A stretch of DNA of 64,000 bases from Polyangiaceae bacterium. Lineage in GTDB: Bacteria; Myxococcota_A; Polyangia; Polyangiales; Polyangiaceae. Positions 1 to 9,498 of this stretch are shown piece after piece; position 1 is the first letter of the stretch, and the number at the start of each line of letters is the position of its first letter. Location of the stretch: NCBI GenBank assembly GCA_044376115.1, contig JBILLK010000025.1:32001-96000 (forward strand). Direction: 5' to 3'. Made by a program: the position numbers and the translations under genes. The notes below the pieces were generated by a model. It was not told the DNA's origin. It worked only from the letters and a program-made list of their open reading frames with translations, and ran no database searches.

Positions 1-113
1 GCCGAAGGCTTCGTCGCAGGCGGTTTTGTGCGCTCGGGCACCGGTCTCTTGTTGCGCTCCGAGTCGAGGCGGGGCCCGCTTTCATCCTCGCGGCTTTCGG
101 ATTAAGCAGCGCT

Positions 114-1139
114 ATGCGCGTTCTTTCCACCTGTCTGCTCGGTCTTTCGGTTGCTCTCTTTGCCTGTGGGGATGATTCCTCCTCGTCCGGCGGCTCTCCG
201 GCAACGGGTGGAGGTGGAGAATCGGCTGGCGGCGGCGGCAACGGCGGTGAGTCGGTTGGCGGCGGCGGACAGGGCGGTGGAGTGGGCGGCTCGGCTCAAG
301 GCGGTGCAGCGCAAGGCGGTAGCGCGCAGGGCGGTTCCGCGCCGCTGTGCACCGGCCTGCCCACCGGGGAAGTGGCCGTGGTGGAGTTCTTTGACGGCTT
401 CAACGGCAGTGAAGACGCTGCCTTCGATGGTACCGGCGGTCTCGTGGCGAAGAACGGCTCATCCCTCGTGCGCGTCGACGCCGCGAAGGCCGTGACCACG
501 GTGGCGCCGCTCGCTCCTGCGGCCTACGGCTTGCGCTTCAACAGCGCCGGGGATTTGTTCGTCGCGCTCCCTCAGGCGGGGAAGATCGTCAAGGTGACCG
601 CAGGCGAGGTCACCGACTTCAAGACCGGGCTCTCCGGCCCGAACGGCGTTCACGTGGACTCGGCCGGCAATATTTGGGTGACCGAGTTCGGCGGCGGTCG
701 CGTGATCAAACTCGACCCTGCCGGCACCTCGACCACCATCGCCTCGCAGCTCAATTCGCCCAACGGCGTCGTGCTCGATGAGGCGCGCAACCTTCTGTTC
801 TTCACCGGCTACAGCCAAGGGCGTCTGTTCAAGACCGATCCCGCGGGTGGTGCCGAGCCGATCGAGGTTGCACAAATCGGTGGTGCCGCGCTGGACGGGC
901 TCACGCTCGACGCGTGTGGCAACGTGTATGCGGTCGATCAGGGGAATTCCCGCGTTTACCGTCTCGACCTCGACGCCGACGCCAACCTCGTCGGTGAGCC
1001 GGTGCTGTTGGCCGAGCTCCCGGAGAACGTGGCGAACGTGCAGTTCGGCGTGGGACCGGGGTGGAACACCACCAGCCTCTACGCGGCGGGCAATCCGGGT
1101 GTTGTTTACGAGCTCCCGGTAGGCGTGGGCGCTCCGTAG
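114..1139 (+). CDS. SMP-30/gluconolactonase/LRE-like beta-propeller lipoprotein
   Basis: Lipobox LFAC, Gly/Ser linker, repeated PNG/DG blade motifs (GPNGVHVD, SPNGVVLD, LDGLTLDACGNVY, NVQFG). Confidence 0.8.
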   Translation: MRVLSTCLLGLSVALFACGDDSSSSGGSPATGGGGESAGGGGNGGESVGGGGQGGGVGGSAQGGAAQGGSAQGGSAPLCTGLPTGEVAVVEFFDGFNGSEDAAFDGTGGLVAKNGSSLVRVDAAKAVTTVAPLAPAAYGLRFNSAGDLFVALPQAGKIVKVTAGEVTDFKTGLSGPNGVHVDSAGNIWVTEFGGGRVIKLDPAGTSTTIASQLNSPNGVVLDEARNLLFFTGYSQGRLFKTDPAGGAEPIEVAQIGGAALDGLTLDACGNVYAVDQGNSRVYRLDLDADANLVGEPVLLAELPENVANVQFGVGPGWNTTSLYAAGNPGVVYELPVGVGAP

Positions 1140-1197
1140 TTCGGCTTCGGCGGAATACTGGTGTGCGGGGCTGGGGTTCGGCTAGCCTCTGCCCCGC

Positions 1198-1536
1198 ATG
1201 CATGTTCGTGTCTTCCTCGCTGGGTTTGCGTTGCTTGTTGGCTCGTCCGCCTGTGAATCGAGTCGTGCTCCGCGCCGCCTCGCGGACGGTAGCGACCCGC
1301 CCAACACGCCGTGCGATGCCTCGCGTGTGTGCAAGGTGTGGGGCTGGTGTGCTGAGCAGAACGGCGAGTGTGTAGCGGCCTCCAACGACCACTGCCGGGC
1401 TTCCGAGGCTTGCAAGAATGGCGGGCTTTGCTCGCTCGAGGGCCTCAAGTGCGTTGCCCGTGAGGACGATTGCGAGCGCTCCGAGTGGTGTGAAAAGAAC
1501 GAGCTGTGCGAAGCCCGCGAAGGCGTTTGCAAATAG
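1198..1536 (+). CDS. Small Cys-rich repeat lipoprotein
   Basis: Signal peptide ending SSAC, then three C-x5-C-x5-C-x6-C units. Confidence 0.7.
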   Translation: MHVRVFLAGFALLVGSSACESSRAPRRLADGSDPPNTPCDASRVCKVWGWCAEQNGECVAASNDHCRASEACKNGGLCSLEGLKCVAREDDCERSEWCEKNELCEAREGVCK

Positions 1537-1620
1537 GTTCTTGTCATTCGCGCTACTGGCCCGTAGCCTCGCGTGCGTTCGACGCCCGTACGGGTGTCTC
1601 ACTCAAGAACGAGGTCTAGA

Positions 1621-2031
1621 ATGGCACAAGGTTGGGGTCCTCCGGGCGGCGGCGGTGGTGGTGGTTGGCAAGGGGGCCCTCCGCAGGGTGGTCCGCCTCC
1701 GGGTGCTCCGGGTGGTCCGCCTCCGGGCGGTGGCTATGGTCCCCCCCCGGGCGGTGGCTATGGTCCCCCCCCGGGACAGTTCGGCCCGCCGCAAGGTGGT
1801 CCGCCGATGGGCGCTTACGGTAACCCGTACGCTCCGGGCGCTCTGCCGGTGGGAGCTCCGGGCGCTGAAGAAGGCAGCCTCGGTATCGGCATCGCTCTCG
1901 GCTTCTTGCTGGGTTGCTTCGGGTTGATCGGTTGCCTCATCTGGGGCAAGCCGCAGACCAAGAAGGGCGCCGGCATCGGCTTCGGCATCTCGGTGGTGCT
2001 CGGCATCATCGTTCGCGTCGCAGCTAGCTGA
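1621..2031 (+). CDS. Gly/Pro-rich low-complexity membrane protein
   Basis: ATG 1621 after GAGG; GGPPP and PPPGGGYG repeats; two C-terminal hydrophobic helices. Confidence 0.75.
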   Translation: MAQGWGPPGGGGGGGWQGGPPQGGPPPGAPGGPPPGGGYGPPPGGGYGPPPGQFGPPQGGPPMGAYGNPYAPGALPVGAPGAEEGSLGIGIALGFLLGCFGLIGCLIWGKPQTKKGAGIGFGISVVLGIIVRVAAS

Positions 2032-2144
2032 AAGCGCTGGTCTACGCCTGCTGGCGTGGACTCTTTGGATGGCGGTCGCCAGGGTCAATCTGGCGGCCGC
2101 TCTTCATTTTGTTGATTTTGGCGCCGAATTTTCGCGAAAACGCG

Positions 2145-2160
2145 CGGCACAGAGCTGGCT
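2145..2160 (+). promoter_or_regulatory. Putative sigma54 -24/-12 promoter of comM
   Basis: CGGCAC-AGAGC-TGGCT has GG-N10-GC spacing; IHF-like AATCAACAAAATG on the - strand at 2105-2117. Confidence 0.4.
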
Positions 2161-2171
2161 AGGGCGCGGCC

Positions 2172-3716
2172 ATGAGTTCGATCACCTGGTCTCTCGGTTT
2201 GCGCGGTTTGGTCGCTGACGCGATTCGCGTGGAGGTCGCGTCTCAACGTGGCCCGTCGGCTTTTCAGTTGGTCGGGTTGGCCGAAGCGAGCGTGCGTGAA
2301 GCGCACGTGCGCGTTCGCTCGGCGTTGAAGCTGAGCGGCGTGGAGGTCGACGAGTACCTGCTTACGGTGCTGCTCGCGCCAGCGGACATTCGCAAGTCGG
2401 GGAGCCTCTTCGATCTGGCCATCGCCGTGGCTCTGGCCTGCGAGGTGCGCAGGCTTTCGCAGCTCGAGAACTTCGCAAAGACGGTTTGGCTGGGCGAACT
2501 CTCGCTCTCTGGCGCTGTTCGGCCGGTGCGCGGCGTGCTCGCGGCGGTGCTCGAGGCCAAGCGGCTCGGCTTCGAGCGGGTGGTCGTGCCAAAGGACAAC
2601 GGCGGTGAAGCCGCCGAAGAGCAAGGCATCGAGGTGTGCGTGGTTTCTTCGCTCGCCGAGGCGCTCTCCTTCGTGGGCGGTGGCGCCCTCGACAAAGCTC
2701 GGCTGGTACCATCGAAAAGCGAGCCGATGCGCAGCGTCGACTTATCGGAGGTGCGCGGCCAGTTCGCGGCGCGCCGTGCGCTCGAGATCGCTGCGGCCGG
2801 AGAACACAACCTGCTGATGATCGGCCCGCCGGGCTCGGGCAAGACGATGCTGGCCCGCCGCCTACCGACGATTCTGCCTCCGCTCGAGTACAACGAGGCG
2901 CGCGAGGCAACGGCGCTTCATTCGTTGGCAGGGCTGCTGCGCCCGCAATCCGGGTTGCTCCATCAGCGGCCCTTTCGCTCGCCGCACCACACGCTCTCAT
3001 CTCCAGCCATGGCTGGAGGCGGAACGCCGATTCGGCCGGGCGAGGTGAGTCTCGCGCATGGCGGAGTGCTGTTCTTGGACGAACTCTTGGAGTTCAGCCG
3101 CTCGACGTTGGAGGCCTTGCGGCAGCCGCTCGAAGATCGCTGCATTCACCTGGCCCGCGCGCGCGAGACGGCCTGGTTTCCTGCGGCGCTCACGCTGATC
3201 GCGGCGGTCAACCCGTGCCCGTGTGGCTACTTCGGTTCGACCCGCTGTCGTTGTTCAGCCGATGCCGTCGCACGCTACCGCAGGCGCTTGTCCGGCCCGG
3301 TACTCGACCGCATCGACCTTCAGGTCGTGCTTCCGCCGCTTCCGGCAGCGGACTTCGTGGGACGCGAAGGGGAGCCGTCGGCCAAGGTGCTCGAGCGCGT
3401 GGTCGCCGCTCGCTCCGAACAAGCGGAACGCAAGCGCAAGCTCGGGCTAACGGCGCGGACCAATCGCGACCTCACGTCGGCGGAACTTGCGCGAGCGGCG
3501 CCGCTCAGCTCCGAAGTGCGCGCCCTCCTTACGCAAGCGGTCGACGGCCTAGGCTTCAGCGCCCGTGGAGTTGCGAGCATCCTTCGCGTTGCACGGACGA
3601 TCGCCGACCTGGAGATCGTCGCGCCAGTGCGGCCCGAGCACGTGGCCGAGGCCATTCAGTACCGTCCCCTCGACCGCGTCTCCGGAGCTACCCAGCCTAG
3701 CGCTGCCTCTTGGTAG
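2172..3716 (+). CDS. comM: YifB/ComM Mg-chelatase-like AAA+ ATPase (DNA branch-migration helicase)
   Basis: Lon-like N-terminus (FDLAIA, GELSLSG), Walker A GPPGSGKT, RPFRSPHH, PGEVSLAHGGVLFLDE, NPCPCG, LSGPVLDRIDL, ARTIADL. Confidence 0.95.
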   Translation: MSSITWSLGLRGLVADAIRVEVASQRGPSAFQLVGLAEASVREAHVRVRSALKLSGVEVDEYLLTVLLAPADIRKSGSLFDLAIAVALACEVRRLSQLENFAKTVWLGELSLSGAVRPVRGVLAAVLEAKRLGFERVVVPKDNGGEAAEEQGIEVCVVSSLAEALSFVGGGALDKARLVPSKSEPMRSVDLSEVRGQFAARRALEIAAAGEHNLLMIGPPGSGKTMLARRLPTILPPLEYNEAREATALHSLAGLLRPQSGLLHQRPFRSPHHTLSSPAMAGGGTPIRPGEVSLAHGGVLFLDELLEFSRSTLEALRQPLEDRCIHLARARETAWFPAALTLIAAVNPCPCGYFGSTRCRCSADAVARYRRRLSGPVLDRIDLQVVLPPLPAADFVGREGEPSAKVLERVVAARSEQAERKRKLGLTARTNRDLTSAELARAAPLSSEVRALLTQAVDGLGFSARGVASILRVARTIADLEIVAPVRPEHVAEAIQYRPLDRVSGATQPSAASW

Positions 3717-3889
3717 GCACCCAAGGCTCAGTTAGTTGAGGGGTCCTAAAGAACTTCGGTCACAAATCCAGTTTCTGAGGAGACGTGGGAACAATTGTGA
3801 TCAGCCCGGCGTCAGTCGGGGCGCGGGAAGGCCCCGGGTCGGGGCGCGTACAAGGATAATTGTCGGGGCGCGGTTTCTCGGGAGGTTTT

Positions 3890-5893
3890 ATGCGTGGACA
3901 CGTGGCTCATGCTCTGGTTGGTACGATGGTTGCTGCACTCGGGCTCGCAGCGGGGTGCAGCGGGGCGGCTCCAACCGCTGGGCCAGCAACAGGCAACGGG
4001 CAAGCGCTCGAGGTTTCGAGCAATCCCTGCGCTCGACGTACGAGCGGCGGCCCAACTCGCGTAAGCCTGGCCCGCCAGGGAAGCTCAGTCGCTTTGGCGA
4101 GCGAGGGGAAAGCCACCTACGCCTACATCGCCGATGAAGACTCGAACGCGATTCACACCTTCGATGTCGGTGAGGCGCGGCCCATCGCCAAGACCAACCT
4201 TTCGGGAGCCCCGGCCCAGGTCCTGGTCCTCGAGGACGGTCGCGTCGCTGTCACCCTGCGCGACAAGGGCGAGGTGCAAATCCTCGAGCCGGCTGGGGCT
4301 GACAAGCCGCTGGTTGGGCTTTGCAAGCGCGCCGTGCCCGATGAGCCCTTCGGTTTGGCTGCCACCCCCGACGACAGCAAGGTGCTCGTCACGAGCGCTT
4401 GGGCGCACAAGCTCTCCGTCCTTGATGAGGGCACGTTTGAGCCGCTCGCCACCCATGAACTCGAGCGCGAGCCGCGAGCCGTGTTGGTTGATGACAGCGG
4501 TAAGCGCGCCTTCGTTTCGCACGCTGTCGGTTCCAACGTCTCGATCGTCGATTTGGATTCGACCGACAAGGCGCGTGCTGTCGACGTGAGCGTCAATTCC
4601 TCCACCCCGTCGTCCACCATCATTCGGCGTTCGGGCGGGCAAGGCTTCGCGTTGGTCAAATCCGAGGAGGCCGCCATTCGCCCGGAGGCTCCTGCTCCCG
4701 GCGTCACCGAGGGCGGCAAGATCTCCGGCGCCGCTCCGCTCCCGCCCGCCCCGCGCAAGCCAGTAACGCAGGCGCCGCAGGGCCGTATCTTCGTGCCGAT
4801 GGTCACGGTGGACCCGGGTGATCCCAACCAGCGTTCGCAGGTTTACTACGGTGGTTCACGCGACGGCTTGCCCAAGGAGGTGCCGATCGTTTCGGTGATC
4901 GACGCCGACGCAGAGCGACCGATGACGCGCGCAGCGATGTACACCGGGCTGCCGTACTCCAACGAATGTTTGCTACCGCGCGCAGCGGCCTATCGCGCAT
5001 CCACCGGAACGCTGCTCGTGTCCTGCGCCGGCATCGACGCGATGCTCGAGCTCGATACGCGCGGCGCGGATCCGATTCGGCTCGAGAAGCGCCGCATCGA
5101 CGTCCCGTCCGGTCCGACTGGCATCGCTGTGGATGACGGTCGCGGGCTAGCGGTGGTTTGGTCGCAATTCGAGGGGCAAATCACGCTCGTTGACCTGGAC
5201 AACCAGAACCCCGGCGTGATCGTCCCGGTTTCGGTAGACCGCACCCCCGCGGCGCAGATGCTCGCTCGCGGCCGGCAGATGTTCCACCTCAGTGAGGATC
5301 TGCGCGTGTCGAACGACGGCGTCTCTTGCGCGAGCTGCCACCCCGACGGCCGCGATGACGCCTTCACCTGGTCCACCCCCGAAGGTCCGCGACAGACGAT
5401 CATGTTGGCTGGTCGCGCCTCCAATACGGCTCCCTATGGTTGGCAAGGCAAGCACGGCGATCTTCACGCCTACCTCGGCAACACCTTCTCTCGCTTGGGC
5501 GGTACCGGCATGAGCGGCGCGGACCTCGAGGCGCTCATCACCTACCTCGAGAAGCTGCAAGGCCCTTCGTTCATGAACGCTTCCAGCGATGATGCCCGTC
5601 GCGGCAAGGCGCTGTTCAACGACGCCGAGATCGGCTGCGCGACCTGCCACGTCGAAGGCGCTGGCGTGGACAAGACGACGCATGACGTCGGCAGCAAGTC
5701 GGTGGCCGACATGGACGTGAAGTTCGACACACCGTCCTTGAAGTTCGTCAAAGGCACCGCGCCCTACTTCCACGACGGTCGCTACAAGACGCTCGAGGAC
5801 ATGTTGAAGGCCACTGACTCCGAAATGGGTCACACCTCGCATCTGAACGCGCAGCAACGAAACCAGCTCGCTGCTTACCTGGAGACCCTGTGA
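3890..5893 (+). CDS. Lipoprotein with YVTN/YncE-like beta-propeller and C-terminal di-haem cytochrome c (CcP/MauG-like)
   Basis: GGAGG at 3881, lipobox AAGC, propeller repeats, CASCH and CATCH haem motifs, TPSL..V..TAPYFHDG motif. Confidence 0.8.
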   Translation: MRGHVAHALVGTMVAALGLAAGCSGAAPTAGPATGNGQALEVSSNPCARRTSGGPTRVSLARQGSSVALASEGKATYAYIADEDSNAIHTFDVGEARPIAKTNLSGAPAQVLVLEDGRVAVTLRDKGEVQILEPAGADKPLVGLCKRAVPDEPFGLAATPDDSKVLVTSAWAHKLSVLDEGTFEPLATHELEREPRAVLVDDSGKRAFVSHAVGSNVSIVDLDSTDKARAVDVSVNSSTPSSTIIRRSGGQGFALVKSEEAAIRPEAPAPGVTEGGKISGAAPLPPAPRKPVTQAPQGRIFVPMVTVDPGDPNQRSQVYYGGSRDGLPKEVPIVSVIDADAERPMTRAAMYTGLPYSNECLLPRAAAYRASTGTLLVSCAGIDAMLELDTRGADPIRLEKRRIDVPSGPTGIAVDDGRGLAVVWSQFEGQITLVDLDNQNPGVIVPVSVDRTPAAQMLARGRQMFHLSEDLRVSNDGVSCASCHPDGRDDAFTWSTPEGPRQTIMLAGRASNTAPYGWQGKHGDLHAYLGNTFSRLGGTGMSGADLEALITYLEKLQGPSFMNASSDDARRGKALFNDAEIGCATCHVEGAGVDKTTHDVGSKSVADMDVKFDTPSLKFVKGTAPYFHDGRYKTLEDMLKATDSEMGHTSHLNAQQRNQLAAYLETL

Positions 5894-6876
5894 CAATGAC
5901 CCCCTCGCAAACCTTTGCGCTGCTCGCTGTGATGGCACTTGGTACGGGTTGCGCGGCTAGCGCTCCCGAAGCCGCTACGCCGATCAAGAAGCCGGCTGTT
6001 GCGGTTGGCGAGGGGGACAATCCCGCCGAGCCGGTGGCTCAGCCCGCTGCAGGTGAACTCGTCGTTGCTGTGTTTCCAACCGTGGGTGACTGGGCGACCT
6101 CGAAGCGAGTTCGTCACGGAGCTTCACGTGGTTCCACCGAGGCGATGCCGTTCTCGATCGCCGACCTAGCCTCGACGGTGCTCACCCCGCCGCTCGACGA
6201 CAAGGCTGCGCGCGACGCCACCGGCGGAGTCGAGGCTACCGAGCTAAAGATCGAGAAACAGAATTCGAGCTACGATCAATACGGGTACGGCTACAGCAGC
6301 TATGGCGGCTTTCGAAGCGCCTATCACACGGCCACCTTGGTGGGCTTTGCTTCGGGCTCGCTGCGTATCGGCGCGCGTGAGGTTCAGGTCGGCGGGACGA
6401 GTTCAGGCGGGCCGATCTACGCGAACTGTGGCCAATACGAGGCGAAGCAGCCGCTCCGTTTCGAGGGTGTTCGGCAGGTACCCGGGGGGGATGCTCGCTA
6501 CGAGGTCGCCGATGGATATTGGGATGGCGTCGCGTGCAAAGCGATGGTTACCTCGCGCAAGGTCGTGGCGCTGAGCGAGATCGTTCCGGGCAAAGCCTAT
6601 GCGTTCCTGCATTGTGAAGAGGAGGGTTGTTCGGGTAAACGCTTCCTGAACGTGGTGTTCCCAGAAGCCCGCACGGTGCTTACGCAGGCCGGTCCCCTGC
6701 GCCTGCAGAGCGGTCAGCCGCCGACCCGCGTTTCGATGCAGCTGCGCCGCGGCTTGGCAGAATCGGTGGTGGTGACGCAGGCTCAGTCCGGCTGGAAGCA
6801 ATCCAACGTGACGGTCGAGGTGCAGCAGGGCGTGCACGATGACGAGCCGATCGCCGTCGCCTTCGCGTCGGAGTAA
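5890..6876 (+). CDS. Hypothetical lipoprotein coupled to the cytochrome gene
   Basis: GTGA overlap with upstream stop; lipobox GTGC; beta-rich with several Cys. Confidence 0.65.
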   Translation: MTMTPSQTFALLAVMALGTGCAASAPEAATPIKKPAVAVGEGDNPAEPVAQPAAGELVVAVFPTVGDWATSKRVRHGASRGSTEAMPFSIADLASTVLTPPLDDKAARDATGGVEATELKIEKQNSSYDQYGYGYSSYGGFRSAYHTATLVGFASGSLRIGAREVQVGGTSSGGPIYANCGQYEAKQPLRFEGVRQVPGGDARYEVADGYWDGVACKAMVTSRKVVALSEIVPGKAYAFLHCEEEGCSGKRFLNVVFPEARTVLTQAGPLRLQSGQPPTRVSMQLRRGLAESVVVTQAQSGWKQSNVTVEVQQGVHDDEPIAVAFASE

Positions 6877-6887
6877 GCCGAACCAAA

Positions 6888-6920
6888 CACGGGCCCGCGT
6901 TGAGAAACGCGGGCCGCGTG
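6888..6920 (+). terminator. Stem-loop downstream of the cytochrome/lipoprotein pair
   Basis: ggcccgcgtt-GAGA-aacgcgggcc 10-bp stem with GNRA loop; no clear U-tract. Confidence 0.5.
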
Positions 6921-7013
6921 CAATTGGGAAATGGAAACGCTGTGGCTGACGAACGCGGGCGCGTACGATTTCCAAATGGAATCGCTGCGGGCCGGGGCGT
7001 AGGCTCGCGTTCT

Positions 7014-7790
7014 ATGGTTCGTTCGTTCTTGGTTCCGTTTGCCCTGGTCGTTGGTTTGGCCGGCTGTGGGGACAGCCCAGGCGTCGCGAGTGCCTCGGCG
7101 AAGACCTCGGCCAAGCCTGCAGCCCCACCGCCTCCGGCTTCCGTCGCGACCTCGGCCCCTGCGCCGAAGCCTGCGAAGCCCCCGCGTGATTGCGGCAAAG
7201 GGCCGAACGTAAGCTTTGATGACCCGGTGCTCGAGAAGGTGATTCGTGTGCAGGCCGCCAAACCCGAAGGCCCGATCACGCAAGCGGATCTCGGCAAAGT
7301 AAAGACGCTCAACCTGCTCGATTCGAAGCAGACCGACTCGATCGACCCGTGCGTCTTTCCGCACCTCAAAGGCTTGAAGGGCCTCTACTTACCGCCGGGC
7401 GATCTCGAGGACATCTCGCTGCTTTCCAACCTCGCCAACCTCGAGTCGCTGCGCATCTCGATCACCAAGGTGAAGGATCTCTCGCCGCTGAAGAGCCTGT
7501 CGAAGCTCGATCGCTTGGATCTGGGTCGTACGCCGGTGCGCGATTTGACGCCGCTCGCGGAGCTCAAGAACCTGACCGAGATCGTCATGGACGAAACCGA
7601 GGTGAGCGACCTAACGCCGCTCTCCGGGCTCTCCAAGTTGACGCTCGTGAGCATCAAGAAGACCGGCGTGAAGGATCTTCGCCCGCTGGCCGGTCTCAAG
7701 GAGCTGAAGAACCTCTACATCGAAGGCTCGTCGGTGGCCGACACAACCCCCGTGAAGTCGCTGCCGCGACTGAAGATCCACGGGGGCTAG
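7014..7790 (+). CDS. Internalin-type leucine-rich repeat lipoprotein
   Basis: Lipobox LAGC, Pro/Ala linker, 22-aa repeats of type DLSPLxxLxKLxxLxLxxTxV. Confidence 0.85.
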   Translation: MVRSFLVPFALVVGLAGCGDSPGVASASAKTSAKPAAPPPPASVATSAPAPKPAKPPRDCGKGPNVSFDDPVLEKVIRVQAAKPEGPITQADLGKVKTLNLLDSKQTDSIDPCVFPHLKGLKGLYLPPGDLEDISLLSNLANLESLRISITKVKDLSPLKSLSKLDRLDLGRTPVRDLTPLAELKNLTEIVMDETEVSDLTPLSGLSKLTLVSIKKTGVKDLRPLAGLKELKNLYIEGSSVADTTPVKSLPRLKIHGG

Positions 7791-7800
7791 TCGCCATGCG

Positions 7801-8997
7801 CTACGGGCGGTCGAGCACGTAGAAGGTGGCCGTCCCATTCTCGCTGAGGCCGACCCACAGCCGATTCTGCTCGTCGGTCATCAGCGTGACGTTGGTATCG
7901 GGGGTGGTGAGCGTCAGCAGCGTTGCAGGCTCTCCACTCGCGGCGACCGTGGTGCCATCCGCGGTGAAACGTTGCAGCACGACGTCGAGGTGCGCACCGC
8001 TCGCGGCGTTCGGCTGGAAGGCGACAAGACCCGGAAGGTCCGCCTCGGCGCCAACGACGGCCATCGCGTCGCCGTAGCCTTCGAGCGTTGCCAGCGTGGT
8101 TCCCAGCGTTGCGCCGCTCGCGCCTGGCGCTATTGCCGGTGCGGGGTAGCCGCGCAGCTCCTGCGTGCCGGTGTCGTAGTCGGTCATGACCGCGAAGGCG
8201 TTGCCGGCGGAGTCGACCGCGACAGGACCGGTCGCGAGCCCGAAGGCGTCGATCAGCTCCGAGCTTTCGAACTCGAGCCCAGTCGCGTCAACGTCAGCTG
8301 CGTACAGCCCGGCGATAGCGTTGGCCTTGCCGTTCGCTGCGGAGAGGCCGGTGTAGAGGACGCGACGGCCGATCACCGCGAGCCCAAAGGCGCCGGTGGT
8401 GAGCGTGCCGTTGCTTTGCCCGTTGCCGGCCTCATTCGCGAGCACGAGCTCGCCGACGTTGAAGAAGTCTTGACCCGACCACGCAGCGACCGAGATATCG
8501 AGGTTGTCCACCGTGAGGTCGTTCAGCTGCGCGCCCCAGAACGCATCCGCCGGTAGGTCGGCGACCGCGAGATCGAGCGTCTCCGCCGCAAGCGCGCCGT
8601 CTTGAAGCGACCAACGCGAGCGCGAGATGCCGATGCCGTCCCCGACGAAGGTGAGGGGGCCGCCGTGCCTACCCCAGGTGGGCGTGGTGCCGTAGGAAAG
8701 CAGCTCCAGCCCGGGAGCCTGATAACTTGCGACCACGCACAGATCCGCTGCAGCAATGGTGATGGGCGCGCCATCGAGCTCGAGGCAACCCGCTGCGCCT
8801 CCCGCTCCGCCTCCACCTTCCGCACCGGCCGCGCCGGTCCCGCTGCCGCCTGCTCCAGAGCCGCCAGTCGAGCCGCTTGCTCCACTGCCTTCACCGCCGC
8901 CGCCGGTCGCAGCTGCACCGCTGCCGCCCGAGCCTGCATCATCGCCGCAGCCGAGCAGCAGCGAGCCCATCACGCCGAGAACCAACTTCAATTTCAT
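7801..8997 (-). CDS. Hypothetical lipoprotein (probable beta-propeller) downstream of cobalamin riboswitch
   Basis: MKLKLVLGVMGSLLLGC lipobox, Gly-rich linker, acidic beta-rich body. The ORF-track extension to 9348 runs through the riboswitch. Confidence 0.75.
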   Translation of the reverse strand: MKLKLVLGVMGSLLLGCGDDAGSGGSGAAATGGGGEGSGASGSTGGSGAGGSGTGAAGAEGGGGAGGAAGCLELDGAPITIAAADLCVVASYQAPGLELLSYGTTPTWGRHGGPLTFVGDGIGISRSRWSLQDGALAAETLDLAVADLPADAFWGAQLNDLTVDNLDISVAAWSGQDFFNVGELVLANEAGNGQSNGTLTTGAFGLAVIGRRVLYTGLSAANGKANAIAGLYAADVDATGLEFESSELIDAFGLATGPVAVDSAGNAFAVMTDYDTGTQELRGYPAPAIAPGASGATLGTTLATLEGYGDAMAVVGAEADLPGLVAFQPNAASGAHLDVVLQRFTADGTTVAASGEPATLLTLTTPDTNVTLMTDEQNRLWVGLSENGTATFYVLDRP

Positions 8998-9129
8998 TCG
9001 CCAGCCTTCTCGATGCCGTCCCCGGCACCGATGCCCCAAGCGAGCTTGCGAACGCGGCGGCACGCCCACCTCACGGTGTGGCTGGGCCTTCGCGTCGCCC
9101 GAACCCCGGGGCGCACGATCGAGTATCAA

Positions 9130-9345
9130 CCAGCCGGTCTCCTGGCTTCTGGATCGTCCTCGGGCAGCGCCTTCCCAAATGTACCTTCGCGAGCGAAGGA
9201 CCCTCAGTGGCGTTAGCTGCCGTCGTCCCCAGTTACAGTGGCGGGGGCCGCGCCGGACTCCGCCTCGAGAGGCGTCACCGGCTTCCCATGGAGCGAACTC
9301 ATTTGAAGAGCGCGCTCCGCTGGTTGAACGCCGCAGCACCCGGAC
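9130..9345 (-). ncRNA. Cobalamin (B12) riboswitch
   Basis: Minus strand reads GGTGC...GGGAAGCCGGTGA...TCCGGCGCGGCCCCCGCCACTGTAAC...GCCACTGAG...GGGAAGG...AGCCAGGAGACCGGC, the conserved cobalamin-riboswitch core and B12 box in the correct order. Confidence 0.9.
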
Positions 9346-9498
9346 CATCCGCGTGAAGCGACAGGGCGGGCTTTAGCTGTTCGAGGGGGGCCGCGTCAAT
9401 CTCGGCGCTCGGCGTTGCAGCTGGCGGGCGCCACCGGGGAGCGCGGCGGCCGCCGCGAAAAACGACGAATTCTGCCCGGATTTGTGGGCCTTTTGTGT

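Noticed and set aside
186..340. Gly-rich repeats in lipoprotein linkers (also ~8790-8945 and ~40720-40810)
   Set aside because: Ordinary low-complexity tethers typical of this lineage.
8998..9348. N-terminal 117 aa of the 515-aa ORF
   Set aside because: It overlaps the riboswitch leader; the signal peptide begins at 8997.
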